A DNA stretch of 64,000 nt, taken from the NCBI GenBank assembly GCA_001599295.1, contig BCGN01000001.1:1798001-1862000 (forward strand). The letters run 5' to 3'. This DNA comes from Sporopachydermia quercuum. Taxonomy: Eukaryota. The notes under the pieces were generated by a model that saw only the letters and a program-made list of their open reading frames with translations, was not told the DNA's origin and searched no databases. Position numbers and translations under genes: made by a program. Below, one piece after another: positions 59,110 to 64,000 of the stretch (the stretch's first letter is position 1; each line of letters starts with the position of its first letter).

Positions 59110-60642
59110 CTAAACAAGATTAGGCCCTGGACCATCAGATGTATCTTCCTGTTTTGATTTACCTTGTTTGTCTGCTGACTGTTGTGAAGAAGAACCATCA
59201 ACATCATCAACGACACCAAACTCAGTTCTATCATCATCATTAGCTATCGAATCCAGTTCATAATCATTTAACGAAACATCATATCTATCTCCTGTGCCAG
59301 AAACTGAAGAATATCCATGAGCTGAAAATGGGTTTCCTTCAGTATTTAAACCGTTGGCTCTATTATAACTGCTTCCCAATTCATCCCTTCCAAGGTATAG
59401 GTAGAAATTAATTAACATTAAGATCCACAGATTAATTAAAAATGTGAAACTAGTAATAACCAAAATATACGATGAATGATCAACACCAGCACCGTCCAAG
59501 AGAATTAGCTGTTCTTCATTAGCACCCATGAAAAGCATCCCACTTTCAATTAGACCAAAGGATGGGAGATATTGAAATGATCTAATACGACCATCGAGTG
59601 CTTCAGCATTATCATCCAAAACAAATGAAATCTCAATAATTCTGCATAATCCACTTATCATTAATGCAAGACCAAAAACGTAATGAACTTTAGTACTGAT
59701 AGCCAGATGCTGAACGTGTTCGGACATCGCATAACCTGTAAAAATTAGAATCACAGATGGGATGAAACTTCTCTTGTTATTTCTTGATAGATAAATGCCC
59801 ATCATTCCGCCACACCACCAAATAATTCCCATACTAGTATGCTGGAAGTCTCCATGGCTCCATGACTGTCCCCATCTATGTTCTGTAAAAGTATTGACAA
59901 TACCCCAAGCTGTTATCACGATACTATCATAAAACTCTTGACTTCGTCCAGATCGCTTTAAGGCTTCATGAGCTGAGATTAACATAATTAGATAATATGC
60001 TCCGTANATAATAAACGAAGATCCCATAATGCCATGTGCTAAACATTGTCCCAAATGATCAGCGCGACAAAATCCAAGCATTGACACCACTGACAATCCA
60101 ACTCTGACATAACCTAACAATGGCAATGCAACCGCACATAGAATGAAATAAAACCTTTCAATAATCCATAATTTACCTGACTCAAGTATTTGAATCTTAC
60201 TCCCGATACCTGTATATCTTGACCCAACTCCTGGGACATTGCATAATAAACCTAACATTGCTACTATGCAAGCCAAAATCCAAAGTAAGAACCCAGTAAA
60301 TTTACTGACAGACTCTTCGTTCGATTCATTATTTTGATTGGTGATGTCAGGAAATTTGAAAAAGATCCAGTCAAATAAACAGAATCCTGCTGTTATTATT
60401 TGAATAGGAATTGCCAATTTTCTTCTTCTTTTCAAAGTAAGAGGTATTGATAAAGGATATAGCATCAACAAAATAACCGCCAAAAGTACTATGTGTAACA
60501 TTTCCCAAGTAATATCTCCTTTAGATACAGTTGTAAACTGATTACTGCTACCACCTTCATGCTCATGTTCATGTTCGTCTCGAATGAACAGAGCTTTGAA
60601 CATCTCAGCACCAAACTTTGCAGATGAAAACTCTGAACTCAT
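59110..60642 (-). CDS. YTP1: Ytp1-family integral membrane protein
   Basis: HLGQCLAHGIMGSSFI, NTFTEHRWGQSWSHGDFQHTSMGIIWWCGG, FMGANEEQL; multiple TM segments. Confidence 0.88.
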   Translation of the reverse strand: MSSEFSSAKFGAEMFKALFIRDEHEHEHEGGSSNQFTTVSKGDITWEMLHIVLLAVILLMLYPLSIPLTLKRRRKLAIPIQIITAGFCLFDWIFFKFPDITNQNNESNEESVSKFTGFLLWILACIVAMLGLLCNVPGVGSRYTGIGSKIQILESGKLWIIERFYFILCAVALPLLGYVRVGLSVVSMLGFCRADHLGQCLAHGIMGSSFIXYGAYYLIMLISAHEALKRSGRSQEFYDSIVITAWGIVNTFTEHRWGQSWSHGDFQHTSMGIIWWCGGMMGIYLSRNNKRSFIPSVILIFTGYAMSEHVQHLAISTKVHYVFGLALMISGLCRIIEISFVLDDNAEALDGRIRSFQYLPSFGLIESGMLFMGANEEQLILLDGAGVDHSSYILVITSFTFLINLWILMLINFYLYLGRDELGSSYNRANGLNTEGNPFSAHGYSSVSGTGDRYDVSLNDYELDSIANDDDRTEFGVVDDVDGSSSQQSADKQGKSKQEDTSDGPGPNLV

Positions 60643-61695
60643 GACGAATTAATTGATAGTANACTGCTGTTAGGAAAGAATATATATGATAATATTGTCA
60701 ATCAAGGTTCTCGTTATGACAAGTTCTTTTGTATATAACTCTTTTCAAACGGATTATTTGAAGCACCTTCGTTTGTCCTCTTGTTCCCTTTGTAAGCAGT
60801 AGTTCACAACAACTCTATGAGATGAGATGATCCAACACGATAATATGTATAGTTTATATGTTAGGTACACTTGGTAATGTGTGTTACTCTCTTTTCTCAT
60901 AATAGATAACAAAAGAAACAAATCAATATGGCTTCAACTATCATATAATACAACAATAGCGGTCGTATTCCCAAATTGAACCCAGACTATCCTTATATGT
61001 TGTTCCTATCTCCTAACGGGTGGAATTGAATCAATCACTTGTTTCCTGAGTTGGATGAACAGAACTGGTATTGACAATTGATATATTTTAGTCAATCTAG
61101 CCCTAGCCTTCTTCTTCAATAACCATGATAGGTGCAAACGATTCTGTTATCTCTGATAACTCAATGTTGTATGCATGATATAACGTGCATCGAACAGAAA
61201 ATTTAATCTTTCATGAGCTGATTAGATTTCTCATTGTCTGCGAAAGCATGTATGGATAAATGTGGCTTATAACCATAACAAGAGATGCTGAGCCACAGTT
61301 TAAGACTATTACTTTCTAGAAGAAATAAGGAGGTAGATGAAAAGACTGTTCACTGACTTTGCATACACTGGCATAATTATGCAGTAATGGTGCATCACGA
61401 GGTTTTATCAGGTTAGAGCTATGATATGAAACGTTTAACAAAAGATGACGAAGACTTTTGGCCAGATGGCTTTAATACAGTGTTTACCAAAGAAAATAAT
61501 ACAATTGTAAAGTTAATNAAANTTGTTTCTATTTACAATAATGGTCCCTGCTCCTAAAGGTGAAAGGTTGGAGATATGTAATACATGTCAATTGATTGTG
61601 ACCTAGTAGTGAATATATATGTTCTAAATTGATCAGAAAGTTGTATTATATATGAACAGCGGCATTTTTTTGCAATATTTTGAACTATTGTCGAT

Positions 61696-63168
61696 TTAAT
61701 TCACAGCTAATGCTCCACAAGGATCCCAGGGTGGAAGAACAATTTTTTTATCGTCTGGAACGTTTTCACAATCTAACAAATCGCGCACTAAAGAGGAAAA
61801 TTTGCCATTCTCGTATTCAACTACTTCCTCTTCCTCCGCAACAATCTGATAAACATACTCTTCAAAGTAGTCTTGTGACATGACATAATAGCCATTCAAT
61901 CCAGAATCTTTTCCCCACGAGTTCTCAACTTTCCATCTAATAGGTTTTCCCTCTGCGTCCAGATGAACTGCGGTTATAACCATAGCATGTGTCATCAATG
62001 ATTGATGATAGGACAGTCTATCGGCTTTTTTTTGCTCCGACTTATACGGAATTAGATCGAAGTTCCAAAGCTTGGTATCCATAATTCCATTCTTCTTATC
62101 CATGAACACAGGTGTATGCGAGCCGAAAAACACTGGGACCTTGTTCTTAATTCTCGTTATTGCAATATCTGACAAGCTTTTAATTGANGCATTCAAGTAA
62201 TGAACAGTTTTCGCTCCATGAACATTTCCTAACCTATCGATCTTGATGATCCTATCATACTGATTTCTAGGATCGTTCAATAGTGATATTGCCTTGGTGG
62301 CATCATATTTCACAACATTTTTGTAAAACTCAATAGGAGTGAGCTCCTCAGAGTGATACTTATTGTCTTTATCAACGTACTCCCACGTAAATTTGTCATT
62401 GGGACCTGGAGGTGTTCCAAGGAAAAGAATTAATAACTTATGAACTTCCTTTTGTTGATTCAATTTCAATTTAGACAACTCCTCAGGTGTTGCATTCTCT
62501 TTAATTGCATTTCTCAGATGCATAGCAAACTCTCTTAATTTTGCCTTAATCATAAAGTTCATTCTATGTGATGCTGTTGTGTTATATGAGTCCGGGAACA
62601 CATTGTTAGGGACAATACCATATTTCTCAACAATGTTTACAAACATGTCAAATTGGCCACCATCACAGGTAGGATCAGTTAGTAAATGTTGAACTAAACG
62701 CGAGTCTAAATCTTCATTGGCTGTGGAAATGATTTGTTCCAAGAAAAAGTTTGCTTTCTCCAGCTTATCATAAAAGAACAAAAATGACGGAGACAATTGA
62801 AATTCTTTCAAATTGTACCCTTTCATGATATTAACCCTAAGAACATTTGTTGCAGCAAATAACCAACATCTTCCACTAGATTTCTGATTGGTTATAGGTA
62901 AGCCCTCTACGTCAATTGTGTTATTGAACAAGTTGACTGAATGCTCGATATACTTGTCTCTATTGATACAGACTTGATTGGCATCATTAGTACGTAAAGC
63001 TGATGCGGCAAGATTCAGATGAGCATCATTTTTAAATTCGTCTTGCCACGTTGATAGATTTTCAACTAATAGTTTATCAACTGGTTCAGTCATTTTCAAC
63101 GTGGAATAGTAATTCTTTCCAATTGTAAAACTAATAGAATTCAATGATCTTGTACTTCGGGATAACAT
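61696..63168 (-). CDS. LAP3: Bleomycin hydrolase / cysteine aminopeptidase (peptidase C1B)
   Basis: ITNQKSSGRCWLFA, YDKLEKANFFL, DGGQFDM, MTHAMVITAV, WKVENSWG, LPPWDPCGALA; second in-frame ATG at 63093. Confidence 0.95.
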   Translation of the reverse strand: MLSRSTRSLNSISFTIGKNYYSTLKMTEPVDKLLVENLSTWQDEFKNDAHLNLAASALRTNDANQVCINRDKYIEHSVNLFNNTIDVEGLPITNQKSSGRCWLFAATNVLRVNIMKGYNLKEFQLSPSFLFFYDKLEKANFFLEQIISTANEDLDSRLVQHLLTDPTCDGGQFDMFVNIVEKYGIVPNNVFPDSYNTTASHRMNFMIKAKLREFAMHLRNAIKENATPEELSKLKLNQQKEVHKLLILFLGTPPGPNDKFTWEYVDKDNKYHSEELTPIEFYKNVVKYDATKAISLLNDPRNQYDRIIKIDRLGNVHGAKTVHYLNXSIKSLSDIAITRIKNKVPVFFGSHTPVFMDKKNGIMDTKLWNFDLIPYKSEQKKADRLSYHQSLMTHAMVITAVHLDAEGKPIRWKVENSWGKDSGLNGYYVMSQDYFEEYVYQIVAEEEEVVEYENGKFSSLVRDLLDCENVPDDKKIVLPPWDPCGALAVN

Positions 63169-64000
63169 CAGCTTACTCTAGTCAATTGAGGTATCAGTTC
63201 ACTCAGCTTGAAATAGTAAAGCTAGAGACTTTTAGAGAACAGCTGAAAATTAGATTCCCTTGAGGTTGAGGCACTGTGATGATGTGCACATGAATAGAAT
63301 ATGTGATTCATCAGCTAGAATTAAGAGATAAGAATGGAAAAGATAAGAACACTCAAAACGTATTTAGAATCCACTTACTTTCTGAAGATGATATTCCGGA
63401 TATTATGTCAGAGAGAAAACGGAGACTATATAATCCATCTGTACGAAGAATCGAACTTGGATTACTGCAATTTTTCATTGACACAATCATTTGGAAACTC
63501 TTTGCTATTATTTCCACTGGATTGTCCAGCTATCTATCTTGAATGTTCCCCTTTTTCTCTATGATTGAAATAGATATTCACTGAGACGAGATATCCATTC
63601 TAGATTACCATAAATACTGCTCCTCCGGTATGATGGAAACTATCAGTTGTTAATGGTCTTACACACAAATGTTTGTAGTTCCTTCCAGAAAAAATAACCT
63701 TCTCCTGTCAAACAACATCATGTTTCTGATTAGGTTATAGACTATTAAATCTATAAACTAAATACCCGTATCAAATACTTTAACAATTCACTCATTCGAA
63801 CATCTCTCATTGTTTCATGGCCCAATCAGGAAATTTTCACTTCTTAAGCAGTTATTTCCTGTTAGGCGTTCTCCGTTGTTCATTTCCATGAATAATAAAT
63901 GAATGAACTGCCCAAACTTCAACAGTTTGTTTCGAATACTTCTTTCTTTTTTTCAATTTTGTCACATAAGCTGCTGATATTATTATTATTTCTTCAAATT

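Noticed and set aside
63303..63564. Overlapping short ORFs, one faintly like a Ty3 integrase GPY/F segment (QLEL...NVFRIHLL)
   Set aside because: Similarity too weak; no LTR or other retroelement domains.
1..64000. Apparent clustering of RNA-processing genes, antisense/alternate-frame ORFs inside long genes, and scattered n bases
   Set aside because: RNA-processing genes are common and interleaved with unrelated genes; shadow ORFs follow from codon bias; n bases look like masked ambiguous or heterozygous sites. No CRISPR, rRNA, tRNA or intact mobile element seen.

Overview
AT-rich, gene-dense yeast (Saccharomycotina, probably an early-diverging, relatively intron-rich lineage) nuclear region with spliceosomal introns (5'SS GTAAGT/GTATGT, branch point TACTAAC-like, about 10-17 nt from branch to AG). 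About 27 protein-coding genes: NAB2, MCR1-type cytochrome b5 reductase, ISY1, SSY1, cytochrome c, PAT1, ARC35, MRPS12, a Tra2/SR45a-like RRM protein, ABZ1, HUB1, PPG1, HFD1, DNAJC9-like, JLP2/CCDC25, COX12, GRC3, RIX7, YAP180, SIN4/MED16, YTP1, LAP3, two uncharacterised ORFs and two small intron-split genes absent from the ORF track (a 76-aa microprotein and a 55-aa HOR7/DDR2-like GPI peptide). The best signal is at the b5 reductase: a 51-nt first exon spliced to an AAG acceptor assembles a perfect PTS2 (RLSLID|RHL) across the junction, while a second upstream first exon gives isoforms lacking it, suggesting a splice-controlled peroxisome/cytosol (possibly mitochondrion) switch. Other leads: a candidate H/ACA snoRNA in the COX12 intron, possible autoregulatory splicing at the Tra2-like gene and ISY1, and a perfect 20-bp inverted repeat. 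All exon structures were read by eye from sequence and are unverified by RNA data; scattered 'n' bases add local uncertainty.
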